A stretch of DNA of 64,000 nucleotides, taken from Spirochaetales bacterium. GTDB lineage: Bacteria > Spirochaetota > Spirochaetia > JABEVK01. The stretch lies in assembly GCA_037142615.1 (NCBI GenBank), contig JBAXAI010000006.1, forward strand, positions 64,001 through 128,000, given 5' to 3'. Shown here piece after piece: positions 17,583 to 26,636 of this stretch (position 1 is the first letter of the stretch; each line of letters starts with the position of its first letter). The translations under genes and the position numbers were made by a program. Under the pieces are notes generated by a model. It searched no databases. It was not told the DNA's origin and saw nothing but the letters and a program-made list of their open reading frames with translations.

Positions 17583-19052
17583 TTAGTACTTCACCTTGTT
17601 CGCGGCCAGCCAAGCATCGTACTGCTTCTGGGCCTCGGCCAAAACCTTGTCGATACCCGAAGCCTTGAACTTGGTCAGGGCCTTAGGCAGTTCTACGGCC
17701 GGATCCACCGAACCGGTTTCCAGGCCAGGCATGAACTCGGCCCACACATTCTTGATGGCCGTGACTTCGTTCTTCACCTTCGAGATGTCGAAGTCGAAAC
17801 CCAGGCTCTTGAGGGGCAGCGACTTGGCGTTGTAGTCCAAGAACAACTGGGCCTTCTTCGGATTTTCCGAAATGTCCAGGTAGTTGACGAACGTGTTGCC
17901 GAACATCCAAGGGGTTCCCACGTTGTACTTTTCTTTGTCGGGACCGGCAGTGATCATCGGCACGCCGGTGGCGTCCTTCTTGTCGGACTTGACGTAGTGC
18001 TTGCCCTCAATACCCCAGTTGATCAGGTTGTTGAAGTACGGGTCGGTATTGAACAGCTCCAGAACCTGAAGCGCCATCGCGGGATTCTTCGAGGTACGGC
18101 TGATGGCCTGCAACGAGCCAATGGTCTCGCGGTTGGTCATGACGACGGGGGTGATATCAATCTGAGTCCACTGCTGGCCCGTGCTCATGGTCATTTCGGC
18201 GTCCTTGCCGGGCTTCAGTGACTTGATCGCGGCGAAAATCTTGCCGGCCTTTTCGTCGGCGTTGAAGTCGGTCACAGCGGCCGAGTCCTTGCGGGTGTAC
18301 CCTGCCACGTAGAACTTGTGCATGGTGTTGTACAAGGCCTTGGCTTCGGCGGTTGCGGGCAGGAACACAACGGTCTTCGAACTGTTGTCGTTCTTCAACC
18401 CGACGCCCAGGTTGTCGTCGGCAAAGTTGTCGAGGTCCAAGCCACGGGCAGGGTTTTCACCCACAATGCCTTCCAGCGGATAAACTTGGGGTTCCTTGTC
18501 CTTGATCACCTTGAGCAGGGGTTCGATGTCTTCGAACTTCTTGATCTTGGAAATGTCCAGGTTGTACTTCTTGACCAGGTCGGAGCGGATCAGGAAGCCC
18601 CAGTTGTGGGCCTTTTCCTTGTTGGCGGGGATGCCGTACATCTTGCCGTCAATCGCCGAACCGCTGATGAAGGCGTCACCGAGGGCGGCGACCGTCTTGG
18701 GGGCGTACTGACGCGACAGTTTGGTGATGTCCAAGAAGGCACCGCGCTGGGCATTGAGCCGGAAGTTGTTCGTCCAGCTTGCCGTGAAGCTAATGTCGAA
18801 AGGTTGCTGCGAGGCGATGATCTGCTGCAGCTTTCCGTCGTAGGTTCCCCAGTCAAAGGTGACCAGCTTGAGAGTCGCATCGAGACCTTTCTCGGCGAGG
18901 TACTTGTTGGCGGCCTCGGTAACCGCCTGGATGTCGGGCGGGGTCCCGTTGCCGATGACGTACCACGTCACTTCGTAGGGGGCCGCCACTGCAGGCAGCG
19001 CCATGGTCAGGCTCAACGCGAGCACCGACAGGAGTGTAAGCATCTTCTTCAT
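17583..19052 (-). CDS. Carbohydrate ABC transporter substrate-binding protein (DUF3502 C-terminus)
   Basis: Signal peptide, GAFLDIT, IDGKMYGIP, WGIEGKHY, EAQKQYDAW. Confidence 0.92.
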   Translation of the reverse strand: MKKMLTLLSVLALSLTMALPAVAAPYEVTWYVIGNGTPPDIQAVTEAANKYLAEKGLDATLKLVTFDWGTYDGKLQQIIASQQPFDISFTASWTNNFRLNAQRGAFLDITKLSRQYAPKTVAALGDAFISGSAIDGKMYGIPANKEKAHNWGFLIRSDLVKKYNLDISKIKKFEDIEPLLKVIKDKEPQVYPLEGIVGENPARGLDLDNFADDNLGVGLKNDNSSKTVVFLPATAEAKALYNTMHKFYVAGYTRKDSAAVTDFNADEKAGKIFAAIKSLKPGKDAEMTMSTGQQWTQIDITPVVMTNRETIGSLQAISRTSKNPAMALQVLELFNTDPYFNNLINWGIEGKHYVKSDKKDATGVPMITAGPDKEKYNVGTPWMFGNTFVNYLDISENPKKAQLFLDYNAKSLPLKSLGFDFDISKVKNEVTAIKNVWAEFMPGLETGSVDPAVELPKALTKFKASGIDKVLAEAQKQYDAWLAANKVKY

Positions 19053-19116
19053 TTCGTTCTCCTCAAAGACTTTTTTTCACACGCAACGCGTGCTGGAAGC
19101 CAAATCAGGGTGCGCT

Positions 19117-20013
19117 CTATTCCTTGAGCGAACCAATCGTGATGCCCTGGACGAAGAACCGTTGAAAGAACGGGTACGCCAGGACAATCGGCCCAATCGC
19201 GATAACGGTCATCGCCATTTGGGCCGAACGGGACGGGAGATTGCGGGCCACTTCGGCCGCAGCGGTTCCCAGGTTGCCGGCGTTGGCCGACAAGTACTGG
19301 ATGTTCGCCTGCACGCGGTACATCAGGAACTGCAGGTTGAACAGGTTGGGGTCGTTGATCAGCGTCATGTTGATCCAGTAGTCGTTCCAGTAAACGATGG
19401 TGTTGAACAAGGCGATGGTGGCCATGCCGGGGGCTGCCAACTGAATCACGATCCGAAAGAAGATCCTCAACTCGCCGGCGCCGTCCATCTTGGCCGACTC
19501 GATGATGGAATCGGGAATGCTGGACTTGAAGAACGTACGCATGATGACCACGTACCAGGGACTCATCAGGTAAGGCAGGATCAGCGCGAGGATGGTGTCG
19601 TTGATGTGAAGGATGTTCACGCACACGATGAACCAGGGAATCAGCCCGCCGCTGAACAGCAAGGTCAGCACAATCGCGCCATTGAACACCTTGCGGGGCC
19701 CAAAGTCTTTTCGCGAAAGGGGATACGCAAACATGGCGATCATCATGGTGCTCAAAATAGTCCCGATGATGGTAACGAAGATCGTGAGCAAGTAGGCGCG
19801 GATCACCGTGTCGGCTGAAGTGAACAGGAACTCGTAGGCCCGGGTGCTGATCTTGGTCGGAAAGATGCTGAAGCCGTTGCGGGCGATTTCCAGTTCATCC
19901 GAAAAAGAGATGCCCAGGACCAGCAAGAGAGGATAGATGCATAGTGCGCAGAGAAAAACAAACAAGCTGTGTTTGAGGATGGTCGGCGGTTCGATCTTCT
20001 TGAAGCTCTTCAT
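19117..20013 (-). CDS. Carbohydrate ABC transporter permease
   Basis: EAA-loop IPDSIIESAKMDGA, YWNDY, YPFFQRFFVQG. Confidence 0.93.
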   Translation of the reverse strand: MKSFKKIEPPTILKHSLFVFLCALCIYPLLLVLGISFSDELEIARNGFSIFPTKISTRAYEFLFTSADTVIRAYLLTIFVTIIGTILSTMMIAMFAYPLSRKDFGPRKVFNGAIVLTLLFSGGLIPWFIVCVNILHINDTILALILPYLMSPWYVVIMRTFFKSSIPDSIIESAKMDGAGELRIFFRIVIQLAAPGMATIALFNTIVYWNDYWINMTLINDPNLFNLQFLMYRVQANIQYLSANAGNLGTAAAEVARNLPSRSAQMAMTVIAIGPIVLAYPFFQRFFVQGITIGSLKE

Positions 20014-20024
20014 AGGTTTTCCTG

Positions 20025-20942
20025 CTAAAAAAGGCTCTTGTCGGGGTCGATGCGCTTGACCACCACGTTGGCAAGGATGACGACCACGCAACCGACAACC
20101 GACTGGTACAAGCCGGCGGCCGAGGACATTCCGATGTCGCCCATGTTCATCAGGGTGCGGTACACATAGGTGTCGATGGTCTGGGTTGTGGGGAACAGCG
20201 AGCCCATGTTGAGCGTGACGTTGTAGAACAGCCCGAAATCCGAGAAGAAGATGCGACCCACCTGCAGCAGGACCATGATGACAACCACGTTGGCAATGAG
20301 CGGCAAGATGATGCGGCGCACGATCTGCAGGCGCGTGGCCCCCTCGAGCGAAGCCGCCTCAATGAAGCCAGGGTCGATGCTCATCATCGCTGCCAAGTAG
20401 ATGACGCTCGTGTAGCCGACGTACTTCCACAGGTTGGCAAAGGTCAGGATGAACGGCCACAATTCCGGGCGCTGATACCACATGATCTCGGGTTGGCCCA
20501 GGGGCTTCATCACTTGAAGATTCAGTACGCCCTGGTCGACCGAAAGCAGGGCAAAAACAAGGTTGCTGATCACGACCCACGACAGGAAGTAGGGAAGAAA
20601 CATCACCGCCTGATAAAACCGGGTGGCCTTGCGGGCCCGAAGCCCCTCCAAACCCAAAGCAACTGCCAGAGCGCAAGCCGTCCCGATGATGATGAACACG
20701 ACGTTGTAGGCAATCGTGTTGAAGGTGATTGTCCAGGCGTCGGGGGTGGTCATGAAGAACTGAAAGTTGTCGAAGCCCGCCCAGTCGCTGCCGAAGATCC
20801 CTTTTTCGTAGTCAATGTTCTTAAAGGCGATGAAAATCCCGAACATCGGCAGAATACTGAACGCGAACAGCGCCAGCGACCCAGGAAGCATCATGACCAT
20901 CAGGCCCCAGTTGACCGGCTTCTTCCGCTTGGTGATTGTCAA
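20025..20942 (-). CDS. Carbohydrate ABC transporter permease (LplB-like)
   Basis: FLPYFLSWVV, EAASLEGA, TIDTYVYR, AAGLYQSVVG. Confidence 0.93.
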   Translation of the reverse strand: MTITKRKKPVNWGLMVMMLPGSLALFAFSILPMFGIFIAFKNIDYEKGIFGSDWAGFDNFQFFMTTPDAWTITFNTIAYNVVFIIIGTACALAVALGLEGLRARKATRFYQAVMFLPYFLSWVVISNLVFALLSVDQGVLNLQVMKPLGQPEIMWYQRPELWPFILTFANLWKYVGYTSVIYLAAMMSIDPGFIEAASLEGATRLQIVRRIILPLIANVVVIMVLLQVGRIFFSDFGLFYNVTLNMGSLFPTTQTIDTYVYRTLMNMGDIGMSSAAGLYQSVVGCVVVILANVVVKRIDPDKSLF

Positions 20943-20995
20943 ATTGGCCTCCTTCTTCCCGCCCAGCTTAGCACGGTCCGGTATATTGTCAATCT

Positions 20996-21133
20996 GTTTT
21001 CTAAGTTACTTGCAAAACTAAACATCAACACCGTGTCCACTCCATTCGGTCGATCCGCTTTGCACCAGATTTCGAGACCATCCTAGCACGGACTTCCGTA
21101 ATGTCAATAGGTTTTATAAGTTTCTTGCGTAAC
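20996..21133. promoter_or_regulatory. Two 23-bp ROK-type operators, each adjacent to a minus-strand TTGACA
   Basis: GTTTTCTAAGTTACTTGCAAAAC (20996-21018) and GTTTTATAAGTTTCTTGCGTAAC (21111-21133). Promoters TTGACA-16-TAAGCT and TTGACA-16-TAGGAT. Confidence 0.65.
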
Positions 21134-21195
21134 CGATTGACAAGTCGTCAGACTGGCGTAAGATGGACACAGCGGGAAACCGCCGAGGAGAAGTA

Positions 21196-21900
21196 ATGGG
21201 AAACTTTCAGGGAAGGCGCATCGTTCTGACAGGTGCGACACGAGGGGTCGGTTTTGAGTCGGCCAAACTGTTCTTGGCGGCGGGTGCCCACGTTTTGGGA
21301 ACCGGCCGTGATGCGGCGCGGCTCGAAAAGTCCACCGCAGAACTGTCAAAGTTGGGGACCTTTCACCCTTGCCTGGCCGACTTCGACGATCCGACCGCAC
21401 CGGAAACCGTCGCCAAGTCGGCCCGCAAGCTGTGGCCAGCGGTCGACCTGCTCATCAACAATGCGGCGGTACAAACCTACAAGGCTGGCTGGGCCGACGA
21501 GGGCCTGGAACTGCTCGACCATCAGTGGCGCTGCAACGTGTTTGCGCCGCACGAGCTGACTTTCCGCCTTGTCGAGCTGCTGGAAAAGGGAGACCAACCC
21601 CGAATTGTCAATGTGAGCTCGGGGGCCGGCACGCTGAGCGCGCTCAAAGCGTCGAAAGATATGCCGACTTACCGGCTTACCAAGTACGCTCTGGGCGGTG
21701 TGACGATTCTGTGGGCCAATCAGCTCCAGGGAAAAGTATCGGTGAACTGCTTGGACCCCGGGTGGTTGAAGACAGACCTGGGTGGTCCGAACGCACCGGG
21801 CGAACCCGCCGATGGGGGCCGAAGGATGTGGGAGGTTTGCTCCCTTCCGTGGTCAACCACCGGACGGTTCTACAGCGGCGACAGGGAGCTCGAGTTTTGA
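21196..21900 (+). CDS. SDR family NAD(P)-dependent oxidoreductase
   Basis: TGATRGVG, NNAA, NVSS, YRLTK, DPGWLKTDLGG. Confidence 0.92.
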   Translation: MGNFQGRRIVLTGATRGVGFESAKLFLAAGAHVLGTGRDAARLEKSTAELSKLGTFHPCLADFDDPTAPETVAKSARKLWPAVDLLINNAAVQTYKAGWADEGLELLDHQWRCNVFAPHELTFRLVELLEKGDQPRIVNVSSGAGTLSALKASKDMPTYRLTKYALGGVTILWANQLQGKVSVNCLDPGWLKTDLGGPNAPGEPADGGRRMWEVCSLPWSTTGRFYSGDRELEF

Positions 21901-22367
21901 CCGCCCCCTCGACCTTCCTGGCCTGCCTGGCCGAAGAAAACGAACTGCTGCTGGACTCCTTCACGGCCCAGGAGGCCCTCGAGCTGGGGCTGAAGGTGCT
22001 GGACGTCGCCCGTGAAATGACCAGCAAACCGGTGGCCATTCACATCGACAACCTGCAGCATCCACTGTTCACGCACTTCATGGACGGCACCGGCACAGGC
22101 AACTGGGATTGGGTAGGCAAAAAGCGCCGGGTGGTGCGCGAGTTTGGGCACTCGTCGTGGGGCGTGGGGCTGGACTTCCGCGAAAAGGGGCTCACGTTTG
22201 CCACCGAAACGGGCCTGGACCCCGACCGCTACCGTGCCGAAGGCGGCTCGATTCCGCTTCACCTCCGCGACGGAAAGTGCGTGGGGAGCCTGACCATTTC
22301 GGGTCTGGAAGGCTTTGAGGACCATGCCGTGGCCGTGGCAGGGCTGCGCCGCTGGTTGGGAAGGTAG
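21897..22367 (+). CDS. UPF0303 / GlcG-HbpS-like heme-binding domain protein
   Basis: FTAQEALELG, NWDWVGKKRRVV, GGSIP, TISGLEGFEDH. TTG start overlaps the SDR stop. Confidence 0.8.
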   Translation: MTAPSTFLACLAEENELLLDSFTAQEALELGLKVLDVAREMTSKPVAIHIDNLQHPLFTHFMDGTGTGNWDWVGKKRRVVREFGHSSWGVGLDFREKGLTFATETGLDPDRYRAEGGSIPLHLRDGKCVGSLTISGLEGFEDHAVAVAGLRRWLGR

Positions 22368-22369
22368 CC

Positions 22370-22984
22370 GTGCCTGAACTCCTCATTTTCGGTCGAACCG
22401 AGGGGGCACCCTACCATCCTCTCGAGCCCCTCAAGGACGACCTGCTGTCTCTGTTCGGAGGCAAACAGCAAGCCGAGTGCACAGAGTCACCGGGGCGGCT
22501 CAACGATCTAGCGACCTCGGGCGTGAAAACGTTGGTCGCCCTCGACGACAACTGGAACGAGCCCCTCGACGTGACAGCCCTGTTTTCTGTGGAGCGCTGG
22601 GTCAGAAAAGGGGGGAACCTGCTGGTGATCCACAACGGCATTTGCTGGGCGCGTCACCGTCGCTGGAAGTCCCTTGCTGCGGCGAGCTTTGTGGGCCACG
22701 AACCCGCCAAGCTTCTGACCTTCGGGCGCCCGGACGGCACCCACTTCGAGCTCTTCGAGGAGCCCTACCGCTTTTCGTTTGCCCGCGGGAAAGCCAAGAC
22801 GGTCTTGGCAACCTACCGCGATGAGGGCAAGGACTGGCCCGCCGCGTGGTTCTGCCCCGTCGGCAAAGGAAGAATCACCTACGCGCTGCCTGGCCACTTT
22901 CCAACCGCGTTCCAAGTGCCGCTCTATCGCAACTGGCTGAAGGAGTGGGCAACGCCCGCCCCGGATGAAGGGGCCTCCCTTTGA
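22370..22984 (+). CDS. ThuA-like (class I glutamine amidotransferase-like) domain protein
   Basis: GGNLLVIHNG, FVGHEP, EEPY, GKGRITYALPGH. Confidence 0.8.
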   Translation: MPELLIFGRTEGAPYHPLEPLKDDLLSLFGGKQQAECTESPGRLNDLATSGVKTLVALDDNWNEPLDVTALFSVERWVRKGGNLLVIHNGICWARHRRWKSLAAASFVGHEPAKLLTFGRPDGTHFELFEEPYRFSFARGKAKTVLATYRDEGKDWPAAWFCPVGKGRITYALPGHFPTAFQVPLYRNWLKEWATPAPDEGASL

Positions 22985-24123
22985 AAGCCACGTCAGCGAA
23001 TCCAGACAGCGACCTCTTGCTGCGCACGGTGACCAAACTTCAGCGTACCGCCGAGCGCTTGCAGGACAGCATGCCGTACACCACCGTCGCAGGGCGCTAC
23101 CAAAACTGTGAAAGCGTCGACCCCAGTTGGTGGACCAACAGTTTCTGGGCGGGCCTGCTGTGGCTCCTCTACCGCGAAACCAACGAGGCACGTTACCGCG
23201 TTTGGGCCGAGTCGGTCGAGGCCAAGCTCGACCAGGTGCTGCTGGACTACAACGGCCTCCACCACGACGTGGGCTTCCAATGGTTGCTCACCGCTGTACT
23301 CAGCCACGAAACCACCGGCAACGCCGCCTCGAGATCAAGGGCCCTGTTGGCAGCCTCGGTGTTGGCATCGCGCTTTAACCTTTCGGGGGGCTTTATCCGG
23401 GCCTGGAACTGGGATCAGCCGGGGCTGACCATTATTGACTGCCTGATGAACCTGCCGCTGCTCTATTGGGCCAGTCGGCAAACCGACGACGACCGCTTTG
23501 CCCAAATCGCCCGGGCGCATACCGACAAGGTCGTCGCCCACTACCTTCGCGACGACGGCTCGGTGCCTCACATTGTGGTTTTTGACGCCCCCACGGGTGC
23601 CAAACTCGACACGCCGCGTGGGCAGGGGTTCGCTGCCGGCTCTTCCTGGAGCCGGGGGCAAGCCTGGGCACTTTATGGCCTGGCGCAGGGCCATCGTTGG
23701 ACCGGCCAGGCCACCTACTTGGAGGCCGCGCGGCGCGTGGCAGCGTTCCTGTTGCGGGCCCTGCCAGCCACCGGCTATTTGCCGCCCTGCGACTACGCCC
23801 AGCCGGCCCAACCGGAGCGTTGGGACAGCAGTGCCGGCGCGGTGACGGCGTGTGGGTTTCTGGAGCTCGCGGCGCAGGTACCCGCTTCCGAGGGCCAGAA
23901 GTATGCGAATGCTGCCGAGTGCCTTCTTTCGGCGCTCGAAACCCGTTGCCTGGCAGCGGGCGACGAGGCCCTGCTGACGCTCGGTACTTCGGCCTACCAC
24001 ACCGGCGACAGCCGCTGGGATGTGGTTCACGGAGCTCTTATCTACGGTGACTACTACTTTCTCGAGGCCCTGTTGAAACTGAGGGCCTGGCACACAACTC
24101 AAGGAGCACTTTCCCATGAATGA
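22981..24123 (+). CDS. GH88 unsaturated glucuronyl hydrolase
   Basis: WWTNSFWAG, HHDVGF, IIDCLMNLPLL, WSRGQAW, IYGDYYFLEAL. Confidence 0.92.
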   Translation: MKATSANPDSDLLLRTVTKLQRTAERLQDSMPYTTVAGRYQNCESVDPSWWTNSFWAGLLWLLYRETNEARYRVWAESVEAKLDQVLLDYNGLHHDVGFQWLLTAVLSHETTGNAASRSRALLAASVLASRFNLSGGFIRAWNWDQPGLTIIDCLMNLPLLYWASRQTDDDRFAQIARAHTDKVVAHYLRDDGSVPHIVVFDAPTGAKLDTPRGQGFAAGSSWSRGQAWALYGLAQGHRWTGQATYLEAARRVAAFLLRALPATGYLPPCDYAQPAQPERWDSSAGAVTACGFLELAAQVPASEGQKYANAAECLLSALETRCLAAGDEALLTLGTSAYHTGDSRWDVVHGALIYGDYYFLEALLKLRAWHTTQGALSHE

Positions 24124-25039
24124 CCGCCTTCCCCCCCTCACCCCCTACACCTTTGGCAGCATGTCGCTGGGCCACGACCCGGCCAAGTTCCCAGACGATG
24201 TCCGGGTCGCCCGGCACGCCATGGACCTCGGGCTCTGGGTGCATTCCAGCCGCGCGTACGCAGGAGGCAAAACGTTTGAAGTGCTAAAGAAGGCCTTCGA
24301 CGAGGCGCCGGCAAAACGTCCCCGCACCATGTTCAAGGTCTCGTGCGAGAGCGCGACCGAGCTGGCGGCCGACGTGGAGTTCACGCTGACGTCGCTGGGC
24401 CTCCCCAAAATCGAAATCGCCCAACTGGCGGGCAAGACCCACCAGAAGCGAGACATTGTCGCCGACTTTCTGACGCAAGGACCCATGTACCAGACTTGCA
24501 GCCGGCTCAAGGAACAGGGACTGGTGGATCGCTTTGTGTTCGAGATCTTTTACAGCTACTCGGCGGACGCGCTCAAGGCCGTGCAGAATGACCTGTTCGA
24601 CGGCTACATTTTCTACTACAGCCTTCTGGAGCGACAGGTCAGCAACGAAATCTGGCAGCTTCTCTGGGAGCGCCAACTGCCGGTGCTCGCCCTTCGCCCC
24701 GTCGCCGGGTCCTTCCTCACCGACTCGCCCAAGCTTCGCGAGCGCCGCCAAACCGATCCAAAACATCCAGCTTTCCAGCGGCTTGACGAGCTCGCTCCGG
24801 TGCTGGCCGCGTCGGACTGCCACGACTTGCTCGAGCTCAGCCTCCGCTTTCTGGCCTCGCACCCGAACGTGGTCACGGCCATCGCCGGTACGGGAAGTTT
24901 GGCCCATCTGGACCAGCTCGAGTCGTCGGTACGAACCGCCAAACCGCTGGCGCCAGAACTGGTCGAGAGGATCCGCACTCTCCACCGAACCTGGTGCAGC
25001 CAAGAGGCAACCTACCAGTTCGCGAAGGAACTCTGGTAG
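24116..25039 (+). CDS. Aldo/keto reductase family protein (divergent)
   Basis: FGSMSLG, YAGGK, YSLLERQ, HPNVVTAIAG. Confidence 0.8.
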   Translation: MNDRLPPLTPYTFGSMSLGHDPAKFPDDVRVARHAMDLGLWVHSSRAYAGGKTFEVLKKAFDEAPAKRPRTMFKVSCESATELAADVEFTLTSLGLPKIEIAQLAGKTHQKRDIVADFLTQGPMYQTCSRLKEQGLVDRFVFEIFYSYSADALKAVQNDLFDGYIFYYSLLERQVSNEIWQLLWERQLPVLALRPVAGSFLTDSPKLRERRQTDPKHPAFQRLDELAPVLAASDCHDLLELSLRFLASHPNVVTAIAGTGSLAHLDQLESSVRTAKPLAPELVERIRTLHRTWCSQEATYQFAKELW

Positions 25040-25052
25040 GCAACCCTGTGCG

Positions 25053-26507
25053 TCAGCGGGTCCGGAGGAAAAGACTCTTGACCCGCGTGTAGGCGAGCAG
25101 GCTTTCGATGCCACCTTCGCGGCCAAAGCCGCTGAAGCCGATTCCGCCGAACGGAACTTCGATCCCGAAACCGCCAGAGCCGTTAACCGTAACATGGCTG
25201 GAGTTCAGCCGGCGCGCAAAGGCAATCGCCTTCCCCGGATCCTGCGTCCAAAGCTCGGCCGACAAACCATAGACGGTATCGTTGGCGAGGGCCAGCGCGG
25301 CTTCCTCATCCCCGTCGGGATAGGTCAAAATCGCCAACACGGGGCCGAAGATTTCCTGCTGGGCCAACGACATGTGCGTCTCGACGCCCGTGAAGACGGC
25401 GGGAGTGAGAAAACTTCCCTTCGCCAAAGAGGCGTCCACGGGAACTTCGCCTCCAAACTCCAGCCGGGCCCCTTCGTTCTTGCCTCGGGCAATCGCCGCC
25501 AGCACTTCCTCCCGTTGCCGGAAATTGACCAGTGGCCCCATGCGAGCCCCCGAGTGGGAGTGCCCCAACGCGACCTGACGGAAGATCTCTTTGACGACCT
25601 TGGTCACCGCAGCCAGTTGGGAAGCCGGCACAATCAAGCGCGACCGGCAACCACACGATTGCCCTGAGTTGTGGATAATCCCGTTGGCGCAGCCCGAGGC
25701 CGCTCGCAAAGCGTCCCCGTCGGAAAGCACCAGACAGGGCGCCTTTCCACCCAGTTCGAGCGACAAAACCGGTACCAGCGTCGAAGCGGCGGCCTTCAGC
25801 ACGTCTTGGCCCACCTCGGCCGAACCGCAAAAGACCAGCCCGTCCAAGTCGCGGGAATGGATGAGCGCGTCTCCAGCCTCCGATCCGTAGCCAAGAACCA
25901 CGTTGAAGACTCCCGCAGGAAAGCCGGCCTCGGTGGCGAGGCGTGCAATTTCGAGCGACGAAAGGGGGGTGTCGCGAGCAGGTTTGGCGATCACCGTGTT
26001 GCCCGCGGCAAGGCAGGGCGCCGCCCCCCGGAGAAGGATATCGACCGGGTAGTTCCAGGGAATGATGTGAGCCACCACCCCCACGGGTTCGCGGCGGGTC
26101 ACGGCAAACTCCCCGCCCGGGAGAGGAATCTCCCGCCCGTCGAGCTTGTCCGCGTAGCCTGCGAAAAACTCGCAATAGCGGGCAGCGACGCTGATTTCGC
26201 CCTTGGCATCGCCCAAAGGTTTACCGTTTTCGCGGGCCAGCAGCCCGGCCAGGCGGTCTCGGTCTCTCTCGATGAGTTGGCCCAAGCGAAGGAGCCAGCG
26301 CCCCCGCTGAGCCGGGTCGACCCCCGCCCAAGACGGCGCCGTCAGGGCCTTGCGGGCCGCAGCGATCGCAGCCCGAACGTCCTCGGCGCCACCTCGAGCC
26401 GCCTTGCCGACAGGACTCCCGTCCCCGGGATCGAGCACCTCAAACCACTGTCCGTTGGCTGAAGGGCGCTCGTACCCGTCAATCCAGTGTCCCGTCACCT
26501 GTTCCAT
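25053..26507 (-). CDS. NAD(P)-dependent aldehyde dehydrogenase
   Basis: IIPWNYP, LELGGK, NSGQSC (catalytic Cys), EIFGPV, PFGG. Confidence 0.93.
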   Translation of the reverse strand: MEQVTGHWIDGYERPSANGQWFEVLDPGDGSPVGKAARGGAEDVRAAIAAARKALTAPSWAGVDPAQRGRWLLRLGQLIERDRDRLAGLLARENGKPLGDAKGEISVAARYCEFFAGYADKLDGREIPLPGGEFAVTRREPVGVVAHIIPWNYPVDILLRGAAPCLAAGNTVIAKPARDTPLSSLEIARLATEAGFPAGVFNVVLGYGSEAGDALIHSRDLDGLVFCGSAEVGQDVLKAAASTLVPVLSLELGGKAPCLVLSDGDALRAASGCANGIIHNSGQSCGCRSRLIVPASQLAAVTKVVKEIFRQVALGHSHSGARMGPLVNFRQREEVLAAIARGKNEGARLEFGGEVPVDASLAKGSFLTPAVFTGVETHMSLAQQEIFGPVLAILTYPDGDEEAALALANDTVYGLSAELWTQDPGKAIAFARRLNSSHVTVNGSGGFGIEVPFGGIGFSGFGREGGIESLLAYTRVKSLFLRTR

Positions 26508-26582
26508 AACTTTGCTCCTCTTTACGGACGCCTTGCGGAGTTCCCGCTTGAAGTCTAGCACAGACTCTAGTTATGTCAACCT

Positions 26583-26605
26583 GTTATCTAACGTATTTGT
26601 GTAAC
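26583..26605. promoter_or_regulatory. 23-bp ROK-type operator upstream of the ALDH promoter
   Basis: GTTATCTAACGTATTTGTGTAAC, 3 bp from a minus-strand TTGACA-16-TAGACT. Confidence 0.65.
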
Positions 26606-26636
26606 GTGACGTGGCAGATTGTCCGGGCGACGTGAC

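Noticed and set aside
25053-26507. ALDH as the sulfolactaldehyde dehydrogenase of the SQ cluster
   Set aside because: It follows yihQ on the same strand but has its own promoter with the 23-bp operator of the GH88/GH9 regulon. Read-through cannot be fully excluded.
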